A stretch of 64,000 bases of DNA from assembly GCA_016748015.1 (NCBI GenBank), contig JAAOMT010000231.1, positions 261,683 to 325,682 of the forward strand. The letters run 5' to 3'. This document shows, in pieces, positions 34,552 to 48,391 of this stretch. Under the pieces are notes generated by a model, which was not told the DNA's origin, made no database searches, and saw nothing but the letters and a program-made list of their open reading frames with translations. The stretch comes from Geosiphon pyriformis uo1 (lineage: Eukaryota > Fungi > Glomeromycota). The position numbers were made by a program, and so were the translations under genes. Positions within the stretch are counted from its first letter, which is position 1. Each line of letters opens with the position of its first letter.

Positions 34552-37500
34552 AGATTTTTAGCTTTATTTGAGAGTTTTAATTTTACATTTCTTTTCATTC
34601 AATTATATACAAATTTGCCTTAAAATAGGTGATTTTTAAAATTTTCATTGTGCTCAATTTTTTTATTTTGAAAAATCTAAATTTTCAAAATGTCAGTTAT
34701 TTCCGACTGCAAGTTTTTAAAACGATGAAATTTTTTTCAACCTCCTCCCCCCCCCCCTTCCACCCACCCCTGATTTGCATGCAACAAAAAAAATTAAAAA
34801 AATTTAGATAACAGTATGTAATAAATGTTAGCCATTTTGTAAATTTTATTATTCCTCAAAATATTCGAATTCTTTAAAAATTTTATTTAGAAATTGAATC
34901 AATGAGTCTTATAAATAAAATTTACACACTAGAAATTTTTGAATTTTTGAATTTAGTAATTGAACTTAATTAAAAAAAGACTTTTTATTTGTTTAAACGG
35001 TAAAATTGAGAATGTACTAAGATTTCTAAATATTTTCTAATTAATGTCCTATAGAGAGTTCTAGATTTAGGGTAATAGTTTTCTGATGTAGTTATCAAAG
35101 TCAGCCGCGATACCATCATCTCAAAATTCTTAATGAAAGGGATATAAAACAAGCAAAATTTATTTTATATAATTTTTTCAAATATAACTGAGTTCACATA
35201 TATTTCAAAGTTGTAGGCTTTAAAATCAGCTTTTCAGTCAAAAGCTTTAAGAGAAACTATTATAAAAAACTAAAGTATTAATGTTCAACTAACAAAACAT
35301 TTCTAATCTTGTAAAAAATAGTTTAACCATGATGAATCTTGATTCTTAATTCAAAAATTTTTCTTCAATTCATTTATTCATCTGGTAATTGGATTGATTG
35401 ATTGAATTGATTATTATTAAATTAGAATAGTCAACATTAGTAAGATGTTCTCACTCTGTAAACTTGCGTACAGCCCCATCAGGCAAAGCCTTTATCGAGA
35501 ACTTTAGCAGCCAACTCCTCAAGGAAAAGAAAACCTATCAAAAGAAATCCTTTGAGTGCTATTTATAACTTATATTTTTCCATTGAAATTCAATAGTCAT
35601 TTGTAATTTAAAAGACTAATCTTGATAATTGTTATATATTTCAAATGTTTAATTAACCAAACAATTACTTTTATAGAGTTACACAACATTTATTTCAAAG
35701 GTAAAATGAAATAAGACAAAATAATATATGAAACCAAGATAATTCAAGTGATTGATAAGCTAATTTTACATTATTTTGAGGGAGTTGAGTGACATCACTT
35801 TTTTGAGGGTTATTGCTATTCTTTGATTGTGTAAAAAATTGTGAAATTTACTTTGCCTACGTTTGGGTTCTATTTTAAAAACATTGAAGCATTCTATATA
35901 TTTCTTTTTTTGATTTCAGTTTTCAAACTTTCAATGTTAATATCAGAGTTCTAAGGGTCCTTGGTTGATTTAAAAGTAACATTGGTGTCTTGTTGAATAA
36001 TTTTTGAAGTCTTTCTGCCAAAACTTATGTCACAATTTGTGAGTTTCGAAGTACTTTTTCAGGCACTTGAAGATAATTGTAATTATTTTGAATTTTGTAA
36101 TTTAGCATCACTGGTAAAAGATTGACCAGTTGTAGAAGGTGGGTTTATAGCAATATTAAAGGTATGAATGAAGAAAAATTGACAAATCTAACACTTTAGT
36201 TATAAATAAAAAAATGCTTGGGCAATTGTAATCAATAGAGGAATAGCAAAATTCCACATCAAAATATATAAGGTGTTCACAGCTGGTATGAAGATTGTAT
36301 TTTTATGCTGCCACATAGCATAAACAAAACTCAAAAAATTTAGGTCCTATTGGTTTCGTCAAAAAATGTGAATACTATTGTATTCAGATTTGTGATGAAG
36401 AAAGCAATATTAGATTGAAATTTAACCCAGCATAGTTAGATTTTTTATAGCTCTTTTGACCCTTAATAACTTCTATTTTATATTACGATCACCACTTTCA
36501 TATATATGTTTCAATTCTCCCATACGATTTTTTAATATCTTGATCAACTTATATAAAAGTTGAAACATAAGCGAAAGACCACCAAGTCCAAACCAGATAA
36601 TGAACCTTGAAACATTATCAATATCTTGATAACGGAATACCAGAGTTGCCAAACATTAACGTTAATCCCCATATATCTCAAGTAAATACTTGTTTGGTGT
36701 CCATGCAGTTATTGAAGCTGAATGAACATTTAGTGTTGAATATATTGTCAAAAGATGATTATAAGAAGAAAAAATAAGTAGAATTAATTTTATTCGGAAA
36801 AATAATTGTGAATATGATTTTTAGTAAGAAACAATTTAATTGCAAAATTTACCAAGATTTATAGGCAAAAATGCTGCTAAACCAAAACCAATAAGATGTG
36901 TGATATCCTATAATCTTAAAAGATTTTAATCTATGAATTATTCATTAAGTTGTTCAGATTCAAATTTGAAAAATGTTTTAATTTGACTATATAGAGTATA
37001 TTAAATTATCACATTCTACAATGATGTTGTTTGGAAAGGTATCAAAAATCAATGGAATCAAATAAAGAAGGTGCACGGATTATAATTTAATTCATGAAGC
37101 TATACAATTTCTTATTAATCTCAACAGTTTGAAGGATTGACATCTCTATAATTTTCAGTCTTTTAAAATAACATGTGGGAAAATATTTCTTTTCTATTGT
37201 TAAATTATATGATTATATTATAATTAAAGGACATATTTTTTTATAAAGTTCTTGTAATTTTTTATTTAATAATGTGCTTTAAAAGTTTTGGTCACTTTTA
37301 GTTTTTATCAAAAATTTTTGAAAAAATTATTATGAGCTTGAAAAAAAAATGGGTGTTGAAATTTAATTGAACATTTAAGAAAAAGCTCATACTTTTCACA
37401 TTTATTCTTATATTAGCTAAAAAAGAAAATAACAAGAAAAGCATAAAACATGTATTTAATTATTTGATTTTTAAAATTTTTTTAAAAATTATACTAAATT

Positions 37501-38184
37501 ATATATATTACTATAACAACAATTATAAAGGTATTAATATTTTGTATATTATTATAGCATTATAATAATTTTAATAATTTGCACATATTACAACATTCGC
37601 AATTTTAATAAAATGTAAAATATTGAATTTTAATTGTCCCAAATTTATGCTAATTTAATTATTAAATAAATTCAATAAATATGACTAAAAATGATATTTG
37701 AACTATATATTGATTTCATTTAAGATTTAGTATGATATAAATACATATTGTTTAAATTTCAAAGGCTATTCTTAATTTAGGAACTAAACTTTTATTCTAT
37801 ATTTATACAAAACTTCTTTAGCATTTTACATTATAATAAATTAATGAACCATTTTTAATTGAATTTTATTTATGCATAGTTTTATAAACCAATTTAAATA
37901 TTTAGCACAGCTTTTAGAATCTTGTTTTCAAAGGATTTTAGTTTATAAAAGTAAAATTTATTAAAAAATATTAATATGGTGATATGACTCAAAATAATAT
38001 GATACTAATAAAACAGTTTAAAGTAGTTCATTCGCGGATTCTTTAAAGGCGCAATTTAATCCATACTGAGATTGGCTCGTGATATACTATATAAAAGGTT
38101 TCCCGGTTTAATAAAATGATAACCTTTTTTAGGAATTTTTCCTGCAGCAGTTTGTCATTTTATTATTTTAAACTTATTATAGCT

Positions 38185-38912
38185 CTCACGCTTTATCTCA
38201 TGATTTTGGAAGCTTATTAAATACTCTGAATTTTTCTCATGTTATGATTGTTGTTAACGACGCAAATTTTTAATGGCAAGATCCTCGTATTTTGCTATAG
38301 CGCTATTTAGTGGTTGGGTTAAAACATCATCATTTTTTCTAAGCCTAACATATCACCCCAAATTTTTGAGGTGAGTATATTTTGTTTCCTCAATATATTC
38401 TATTCACAACTATTTAATTTTTTTATTTTATCTATATACATTTTATAGTGGTGAATATCTCTTAATGAACATGGAGCATTTACAATCTTAAAATTTTTTA
38501 TGAACTTATTCTAGAAAACCTTATCGATTACCTCGATTGAATACCATGCAAAAGAGTTGGGAAGAAAATTTAGCACTTTTAATGAAAAATACTTTATGCA
38601 TCATTCATTCGAAAAGCTACAAGAGTTTTGCTGTCAACAATCCAGCTGCAGTCTTTAACTCTCAGAATTTTATCTCCCCTAATAAAAATGCTCTTTCCTC
38701 AATTTTATCCCGGGATAACTTAAATATAGAAGAAAGTGAAATATAGGGAAAGATTATAGAATGGGGAGTCGCTAAATTAAGCAATGGCATTCAATTGGAA
38801 AAAGTTCTTAATTGGACAGATGAAAACTTTGAATCTTTTAAGGAATCTATTGGAGAATATCTACCTTTAATCCGGTGCTTTAACATATCTTCAGTTGACT
38901 TCTACCGACGTT
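38185..38912 (+). pseudogene. BTB/POZ-BACK domain pseudogene
   Basis: LSHDFGSLL, RSSYFAIALFSGWVK, KPNISPQIFE; SILSRDNLNIEESEI*GKIIEWG...NWTDENF...LPLIRCFNISSVDFY; frameshifts and stops. Confidence 0.8.
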
Positions 38913-41900
38913 GCTTTTGAAAAAAAAATGTTAAATTTTATTATAATTTTAATCTAGCCGAGGCTCTAATAAAAATTGTATATTCTATTTTATAATTAAA
39001 GGATGCTTTCTCGATTTGGGGTTGAGAAAGTAGAAATGTAAAATGGAGAGATGTTTCATAAATTTTTATAAATTTATTTCCAAACATCGTATTATACATC
39101 TAAAAACGATTTTTTTTACTGTACAAATTCCCAATGTGATTTTAAGAAAATTTCTTTTAACAAACTTATAATCTTAAAAATGTATTTAATTTATAAATAT
39201 TATTTATAAGTATTTGAACTGATTAAATTAATCAAAAGAAATTTTGAGTTTGCCGATTTTAATAATCATTTTTGTATATAAATGATGCAAAAATTCAATA
39301 AATTTTAAATACTTTATCTTTTTTAATAAATTAATAATTTATATCGGTCTTTAAATGCTTCATTGAAAATCTTTTGTATATTATTTATCTCTGAATTATG
39401 ATTTTTTAGATTTTTGAAATTAAAAAAAAAATTTCATTTTTTCGATAAAAAACGATTTATTTGAAGAAGATATCAAGTGTTTCATCTTTGTCTTTTTACT
39501 ATGGATAAAAAAATTTTTTGTTTCTTGCCTTAAATAAGTGAATGGAGAAATAAAAGATTTTTGAAAAACTCTTATAGAAATGAAAAAAGTCATATTTCTC
39601 AATATTCAAGCGAGCATTAGTAAAGGTAAGGAAGGGTTTTGAATGAAAAGTTTTCTTTAGAAGAAATTTAAAATAATAGGTATTATCGTTAAGAACGCCA
39701 CTATCATTAGCTTACGAATTAAAAATTATCGCAAAAAAATCAAGAACCATGATTAAAAGAATGGACTTAAGTATAATCCCCTTTTTAATCTTTCTAATGA
39801 AAATAAATAGATCCCTTAGAAAATTGAATAAAATGTTTAGTTGTAGCCAAAACCACACATTTTAAATCTTTACTTTTTTGTTTTTTTTAATAGGCATTTC
39901 GGAACAAAAACTTCAAACACACAAACAAAGTTGAGGTGATAAAAAGAAATGTGATTCATTTGATTTGGTTTGGATTTATTCAGATGGATAGGAATTTGAA
40001 ATTTTGAATATTTGATTCGCATTATGAAAGGATAATTGCTCGTATATTTTTAGACCAATTGAATTGTACTTATTATAACAGAAGAAATTCTTTTTTTCAG
40101 AGCTTCAGGCACAATTAGTGTCAATTATATCGCACAGCAAACTATTGATATATATAATTTAAAAAAAAGTCTAGAGACTTTTTGAAGAATCTAAGATACT
40201 TTCCATTCATTAAATTAAATACTTGCTTTCAATTTATTTGCACAAATTAAAAATAAATGCAATATGGTAAATAATTTCAACAGTCTCAGACAAATGAAAG
40301 TTATTAAACTCAATAGATGTTTATTAAACATTAAATAAGCATGTATTGTGATAATATGAATATTAAAATTCTAATTCATACTATACTATTTATAAAAAGA
40401 TGTAAATTTAATAATAATTAATAAGAGTCATAATGTAAATCAACTTTTGAATCAATAATTAAATTTTAATTTGACTTAAAAAAAAGTAAACCGTTTAAAT
40501 TTAATATTCTTAATAATAAACATAAAAGTGTATTAAATATTTCATCTGTGTTAATTACTTGTATTTTAAGTTTGGAAAACATTATGAATTTTCAAATTTA
40601 TAATTTTTAAGATATAAATTATAACTGAAAAATTAAAATGTAATAATAAAAATATATGCAAAAATTTTCTCTTCCTGATTAACATATTAACAATTTTATT
40701 TTATCTTAAACCCGAAAATAATAAATTTATTTAAAAAATAGTTTTAATTGGTTCACTATTCGCTAATTGTATATGTTATGAATTATTATCTTTAAATCTT
40801 GATTTTTTTTATTTAAATTTGTTTTTAATTGATTATTGAGCAGATTTTAAAGCAAGATAATTTATATTCAAATCAATTATTTATGATATAATTTAATTTA
40901 ATATGTTTTTTAAGTATTGTTCTTAATGTAAATAAGTTTTTGTGCTTTAAATTAATCAATAATTTTTTTAAAATACTATTGTTTATTGACCTGACAATTG
41001 ATAAAATTTAAATTAAGATTATTTGATTTTCTATTCAATTAATTACACAAAACCAAATCTTAATTCCAAATATAAATAGACTCATACCTACTATTTTGTT
41101 TTTAATATCAAGATAATCAATTGAATGTAATAAAAAGGGACTCTAATCAAGGAATAAAATTGGATTTGGTAAAAATTGGTTAGCCTTAATATTGAATATG
41201 ATAATTATATTTGATATATTTTGAGTAATATCTTTATCTACTGCTTCTTGCCAAGTTTATTTGTAGTAGTTATTTATCCTTTACCACCAATTTACTTTGA
41301 AAGTCATTAAGAACTATATTAATTATTTTTTGTTGAATACTAAAACCAATAAAAATCATTCAAAACAAAAAAAAGATTTATTTTTTAGCAGTTTATTTTT
41401 AAATACCAAAAAATTGACTTAAATCTTTTATTAAATTTTTTATAATGAACTTTACTTTTAGTAAATATTTTTAAAATATAAAATTTAATAGAAATTTGAT
41501 AGATGTTAATATATACTGTATATAAACTGTAATTGAAGTATAAAATTTATAATATGTGGAATCCTAAAAAATACCCACGTTGCAATGTTAAATTATTTTT
41601 CGACTTCAATTATTAATTTTCTAAGCTAAATTTAACCTTGGGAATACGCAGAGATAAAAATTACTTTTGACTTGTAATCAGAATAGCTTTTCTCTTTAAG
41701 ACTAAATCTAATTGAATGTAAGTTAAACAAACACGTGTAAATTAAGTGTTTGAAATTCTTAATATAATAATTTAATGTTTGAAATTGAAAATAAATACCA
41801 TAAGTTCGGCAAATAGTGCTATAGATTTCTTTATTTTAGACACCAAAAATTGATTAATATTCACTGGATATTTTATAAAACAAAAAATACTTTAAATCAA

Positions 41901-43224
41901 GAGATCATGTAAAGAGAGTTTTCAAAATATTAATAATTTACACTATATAAACCTAAAAAGACTTGATTTGGTTTTTTTGAAAAGCATTTTATAATTATGA
42001 TACAAATTATTATGTTACACATTTTACATAATTTTATACATTATTAAAATATGATACATATTTAATTTATATATCAGAATCATGCATGACATTGAAATAT
42101 TTATAAAAACTTTCTATTTTAAATTACCAAAAAAATACAAAAAAATGAGTCACCTTTTTCTTATTAATTAATCAACTAAGATAAATAAAGTCATCAACTA
42201 AATTTTATACTTTGAATCGAAAATTTTCAGGGGTTCCAGTTATAGATATTTTTACTTGTATTCATTATGTAAGATTCAACTTCTTAATTTTTTTCAAAAT
42301 TTGAAATTCTGAGTAAATTTTAGATTTTTGATATCGTGAACTGCCAAATTATTTCAAAGATTATAAATATATTCAGTGTTTTTTATGAAGTTTGCTTATA
42401 AAATAATCACTTTTGACACAACAGCCATGGAGAACATTAAATGACATATATAGCAGTATTGCACAAAACCATGAAAATTTTGAGACTGGATATGGTTTTT
42501 CAAAAATCTTAGATCAAGGTGGGTCTAGAAGTACATTTTTCTCATATTAGAATTAAGAATATTGCTAAAAATGAGTAGCAAGGTTGTTTTAGCATATTGA
42601 TTAAAGGAGCAATTTTCGGATAATTTAAAAATAAAATAATATGCTGAGGTATTTTTTATATTAAAAATGTGATCAATCATAGAAATAGTTAAGATATTTG
42701 AAAATTATAGTGATCCCGTGTTTCAAATTGGTCCATGCGAAAATTATAATTAGGTTGTTATTAAAAATTAGAATTAAAATTGAGAAGGTAAATAAATACA
42801 AGATATTACAATTTTTTTTTAACATATATGTTGATTTCAAATTTTCTTGGAAAAATTTGGCTAAAACTTGAAGAGTCGTAAATCAAAGAAAAAACGTTTT
42901 AATATAATAATTTTTAATAATCTTTCAATCAATTTACAAAGCGTTTAAGCATACCTTTGATAGGTTTGCCATTTCGTCGTCGATAGAAAATTAGACAATT
43001 TGAGAATGCCCTTTAGAGTACAAGGTAGTTTAATTGTGCCTTGACTTTACTATTTATCCCATTTTTTGTTCATAGGCAAAACACTTGAATGAAAAACAGG
43101 ATTTAATTCCTTTTCTATCTGTAATTCTAAAATTTTTCTGTTTGAGATATTCTTACAATCTTTTAACCTTCACCCCCTTTATCCTTAAATTTGTATTCTT
43201 CTTTTCGGACCGGAGTACTGAATC

Positions 43225-43691
43225 GTGAATATCTTTATAAGAGTTAAGGTATTAATTAGAAAAAGAATCCGACTTTTTTATTCGAAGGGACTCGTTAATA
43301 CAAATAAGAATATTTTTTATCGAATTTTTGATTAATTGCAAATGATTTTACTTGGGTGTTTTGATCTATGTTATTCCATCGTTCTGGTTTATTGATTCTG
43401 TTTAAATCAATCAGTTATAAAAACGAAATAAATAAGATGACAATTAATTTTGTACGCAAAAGAAAATTTTGAATTTTAATCATTAAAATATAAAATTTAC
43501 CCATCCCAAATAACGTCAGGGCTACGAGCGAGACGACTCAAATACCAAGTTGCGCCTCCAACAGCAATACCCTAAAAAACCGTTTGTTTTTTATATTTCA
43601 ATCATTTTCGTTTAAGTTTATGCTTAGGGTAACACAATAGATCGGAATAATCTCGATTTTTAAAGAAGTTACTTGAGGCAGTGGAAGTCAT
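43225..43691 (-). pseudogene. NDUFA4/MLRQ (COXFA4-like) subunit, apparently pseudogenised
   Basis: IEIIPIYCVT | GIAVGGATWYLSRLARSPDVIWD | NKPERWNNIDQNTQVKSFAINQKFDK. The ATG is out of frame with exon 1 and the expected donor reads CTAAGC instead of GTAAGC. Confidence 0.8.
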
Positions 43692-44027
43692 TTTGATCAA
43701 GTTTTTAATTTTAAAAAAAATTTCAAAGAGTGAAAAAATATTGCGAAAAAATAGATCAATATCTTGGCGTTTTCCTCCTTTCGAGCAACCACACACAGTC
43801 GTCACGATGAAATTAAAATGCATGTAATATATTGAACTTTCGGCGAATTTCACCGTCGAATACATCAGTAAAAAAAAAAACGTTTTACTAATGGTGGTTA
43901 CGGGTATTACATTAACATATGTAAACTATTGATTATCACTTTTAACATACTTTGACAGCTCACAAAGTGGTAGTTAATTTTGAACATATACATTAGTTTA
44001 TGATATCATCAGCGGTGTTAGGGTGTA

Positions 44028-45033
44028 CAGTACCCCCCTAAATAGTAACGGCCGGTTCAAAAATTGGACATAAAAATTCTAATACTTTCCCCATTTATTT
44101 TATTTTTCACAATTTATATACCAAATAAAAAATTATATCTAATACTGCTTCAATCTTCCTTAGCATTGAGGCAATAACCTCTTCGAGAATATTGGTATCG
44201 AATTTCTCCCATTCCCCCTTTAGCGTAAATCTTAATTTCAACTACAGACTTCATTTTTGGATATTATCCTTTTAACTATTTTTTGATTTCTCCCGCAGTA
44301 TAGATCGGCGCATTATCTTACGTAGCTGCCCAGTTAACAGCTTAATGACGTTCTGAAATTGGTTTTAATATTTTAAGGGATTTATTTTTCCACTATTTTT
44401 TTGTATTTGCAAAATTCTCAAGATCCTTTTAATTCGCCCGCGAAACACCCCCAAGCTAGTGTGAATTTTCGTCCACTTTTGAATGTAGGTTTCTAAGATA
44501 TATGGTTTTTTGGTGGCGATATGTGAGTCAATTCTAGAGTTGTAGAGTACGGCAGTTGAAAGCTACATTTAAGACCTTATTATTTGACAATTTTGTGGGC
44601 GCATGTCGTTTTCCTTGGCTTTAAATAACAGAATATCTTTTTCGTGGTTGCTAAGAATTTGTGGTCTTCCAGAATGTGATAAATTTTCACTTTTCTTGTT
44701 CTTTAATGCTTTTCAATTCGTTTAGTTGTGTACGAGTGGTTGTTACTTTTTTCATAACAATATTATAATATTGTAGAGTTGTAAAAAGTAAAAAAATGTC
44801 AAGTTTATTTGTCAAAAAGTGAGAAAACTTGATACATGCGCATTGATTTTTAAAAGTGGTTGCACATGCAAATCGGACGTTACTTTTTAGGAGTTGTAAA
44901 CAGATGGATTTGTAGTAAAATCTGCGATGATCAGTCACGTAATGTAAAACCTGCGATAGATTGCGATAGGGTAAAAACCTGTAAACCCCGTGATTATGTC
45001 AGGTGAAATCTGCCTTTTGAGGGCAAAGTACTG
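44028..45033 (-). mobile_element. Internally deleted Tc1/mariner DNA transposon remnant
   Basis: Minus-strand fragments SGRPQILS, SHIATKKPYI, WGCFAG, WEKFDTNILEEVIASMLRKIEAVL. Ends TA|CAGTAC (44026) and GTACTG|TA (45035). The right boundary is tentative. Confidence 0.72.
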
Positions 45034-45218
45034 TAAAGTCGACCAAACTAAGCTAGTTTATCCTACTAACCTATTGATGAGAAAAATTTATCGCCTGTAC
45101 GGAGGATAATAGGGCAAAAATGATAACTTTGCATATGTACTGATAATATATACATTTTTTTAATAATGGTTTTTTTTTAGTACTGAAAACTAATGTATAT
45201 CTATTTTTTAGTTTGAAG

Positions 45219-46401
45219 ATGGTTTCGAGAGTCTCCACATTGTACGATCTTAGGGTTGTTAAAACAAATAAAGAAAAGCCTCTTAGCTCGGACCAAATCA
45301 AAAACAATAGGATTGAGTTTAAAAGAAAACTCAAAAGAGATACGAGCTCCCTATATCAACATTTATTACCTGGTGTAAATGAAATATCAATCACGGAGCT
45401 ATCTTGGAAAGATCCTTTGGCCAGCCAGGTGATTAGTGATGAATCTGAATTTGTAAGAAAACTACCAGGAACTTTAAAAAAAGGATTTATGGTAAAGAAT
45501 TATATATGTTTTCGGCTATGCTTTATTAACAATGTTAATGATATATAATTTGCATTAGAAACCTGTTCATAAAATAATACCTACACCTATGCCAATGGTT
45601 CAAGAAATGTGTAGGGAATTTGTATTAGATTTTAATAGGCATGAAATCGAGATGAAACCAGCTAAATTGATACACGATGGGGCTTGGAAAGAATCGAAAG
45701 AAGATATCAAACAGGTTATAGAAATTCTTAATGTCTTGAAAGATATTTGGAATAATCCAGCATTCAGCCCAGAATTCGCAAAAACTTTAAATGAAGGGAC
45801 GTATCAATCAACCGTTATAGTATCTGCCATTCGAGCGTCGTTGAAAAATCTTCCTATTGGAGACTCCTTTTTTATTAGTACATCAGAGAAGCAAAGTATT
45901 GCAAGTGCTAATAGAAAGGGAGAAGGTTACATGGGGAGACGTCCAGATATTATGCTTGTAGTGAAATATCTGGAGACAGTTTTTGAACTTATGTACGTAG
46001 AATGCTCTCGATTAATTTGTAGCCGACAAAAAAAGACTGACGATGAGATTAAGTTATGGCGAGAGACTAATGATGGACTATATTGGATACGCCAAAGTCT
46101 TAAACCAGATAAAGATCAGTTTGATATTGTAGGTATACAAGTAGCAGGTAATGTATTGTACTTGAATCTTCTCTTACGAGATATGGTTAATATACACCGA
46201 TATTACCATTTACAATCTGCTGAGATTCCTGTACAATTTTCAGATGAAGCTGTTGTAACTAAATTTATAGAAACTTTGTTACTTCTACGTAATATAGTAA
46301 TTACTAATTTATCTTTACTATATCACGCATTTGTCTCCTCATCGCAAAGACAAACGGAAGGGAGTACCACAGTTTCCACTCCACGAAATGATTATTATTA
46401 A
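45219..46401 (+). CDS. PD-(D/E)xK restriction-endonuclease-fold protein (intron 45492-45558; 5' end uncertain)
   Basis: NEGTY...SEKQS...GRRPDIML...ELMYVECS...DEIKLWRE...IVGIQVAG; the phase-0 GT-AG intron joins ORFs 45213 and 45589. Confidence 0.75.
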
Positions 46402-46965
46402 TATAAAAATAAAATACATTTAACAAAATCTAAAGATGGCCCTAGAGGTCATTATTTTAAACAATCGTCGCGCGTTATTTATCGGGTATATGATAGGATT
46501 CCCACGCTTCTTTTTTAACGCGAAAGTAAACGCTTTTCTTCTCTTGCATAGCAAGGCCATTTACGTGGATGAGTAGGACTCGGCTCTAGGAATAAAATCC
46601 TAACGGCTCGTCGAATGGTGTCACATTTGTCTTTTTTCTCCAATTAGTAATACACCACGAACCTTTTTTCATATCCTATATAAGTATGTCGCAAGAGAAG
46701 AAATTGTCACGTAGTGCTCGCTATAATAAAAAACGTAGGCTTAATAAAGAAAAATCAATATTATCGATAGAGCAAAACGAACATACGTCCATATTATCGT
46801 CGAATCAGAGATTTTGCGCGCCGTGCGTCACTTTCGACCCAAGCTAGGTACATTATTATTTTTGATTAATACTCAGCGCAGACCGTCTCGTCAGTAGCTT
46901 TTTCGTGTCTTTACTATTGTAAGTGATTGGTCAGCCATTCAAGTATTGTGTTGGGTATACTTAGT

Positions 46966-47667
46966 ATGTCGTGTTCGAAAGGGCATGATCACCTTATGGT
47001 AAAATGGTACATTTTCGTAACATCGTGGATTCGGGATGCGTCACGGATGTCGAGGGCAAAACTTTGATTTACTTGGGAGTGCTTTGACGATGGTGCCGTG
47101 AAAAAAGCCACCGAAGCTGGAAATCATTATTATTTCCACACCTTGAGTAATCCTTCGCACCGTAGCAACGATTTCTGGGAAAATTTTATAGAGCATTTTG
47201 GCACGTACACACGAAACAATCTCTTACCTTTCACCAGCTCAAATACAGCAAGTTCGCATAACATTGATCACCGATGATGCGTTAACGCTCTGTTGCGCGA
47301 TCTCGATCCACTTTCAATTTCCGTTAATCAATTCATGCGAGAATATTACGGGGGGTTATATGAGAAACTAGAAAATTTATCGTTGGGGGCTTTTGGACCT
47401 CGACCTTTTGGGGTCTTCCCGATGATCGCGATTAATTTTAACACGATCAGCGATTACCACTGGGACGATCGCGATGAGCCAAACTCTCTCTGTTTTTTGG
47501 TGGCATTAGGAGATTTTGAGGGTGGTGAGCTTTGCTTTCCACAACTCCAGATTGTAATACCTCTTCGGGTTGGACAAATCGTAGCGGTTTCCTCGCGTCT
47601 ACTTCTCCATGGTAATTTTCCAGTGACTCGAGGAATCCAGCCCCCCTTGAGGCCCATTATAACGTGA
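46966..47667 (+). pseudogene. TET/JBP-like 2OG-Fe(II) dioxygenase, disrupted
   Basis: FPMIAINFN, HWD (HxD), GDFEGGELCFP, LLHGN. Frameshift near 47085 and in-frame TGA at 47275; the C-terminal 2OG-binding Arg strand is missing after RGI. Confidence 0.78.
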
Positions 47668-48391
47668 TGTGATTTGCTCCATTTTGTGGCTATATATAAA
47701 ATCAGATGGATTAATATGCGTCAAAGACACTTGCTCCGCTATAAAAATTCTTTATGTACCTTTGTACAATAATATACCTTGTTCTTATTTCGCTTCTTTT
47801 TAGACTTGTGTATCTTTTTTAATGGCACATTAATGGGTAAAGTATCAGAACCAGATGGATTGGATCGGAACAATTTGAATCCGAGGTATCATAATTGATT
47901 TAGGGTGCTTATCCAACTTAGCATTAGACTTCAATTCAAATCCACACTTACATCTTGCCTTTCTATCCCTTAGCTCAAACTCGACCGCAATTAATCTGGA
48001 ATAAATATATACAAAGTAAACCCATTTACGAGAATTTTACCTGGAACCTTATATGAAGATACCACCCACAACTTCTGAGGTACGCCGGCTATAGTCCGAA
48101 TAGGTCAGGAATGATATTGACATTTTCGTTTGCTACGGAAGATTAAAATTGCAGCGTGAGAAATTACTTGGGTGACTTTAATAGATACTGCATCCAGCGA
48201 TCATTTAGCTTTATCGGTTGCGTAACAAAATAATGGTTTGACCAATACCAAAACACGTTATTTAGAAAAATATTTTATTCACACCACAAAATTGTAACAA
48301 ATTCTAGATTTGGACATCCAACCTCTTCTACATTTGGTCATAGTCAGAAGCAAAAGCTTATTTTTTAAAACATTGGCAAAAAGGTTAATTG

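Noticed and set aside
39780-42760. Scattered coding-like fragments near 39.9 kb and 42.3 kb
   Set aside because: Too decayed to assign by eye.
47638-47655. CAGCCCCCCTT at the TET truncation point as the partner TIR of 44028 CAGTACCCCCCT
   Set aside because: It is in direct rather than inverted orientation and has no TA flank, so there is no support for Tc1 enclosing the REase-TET pair.
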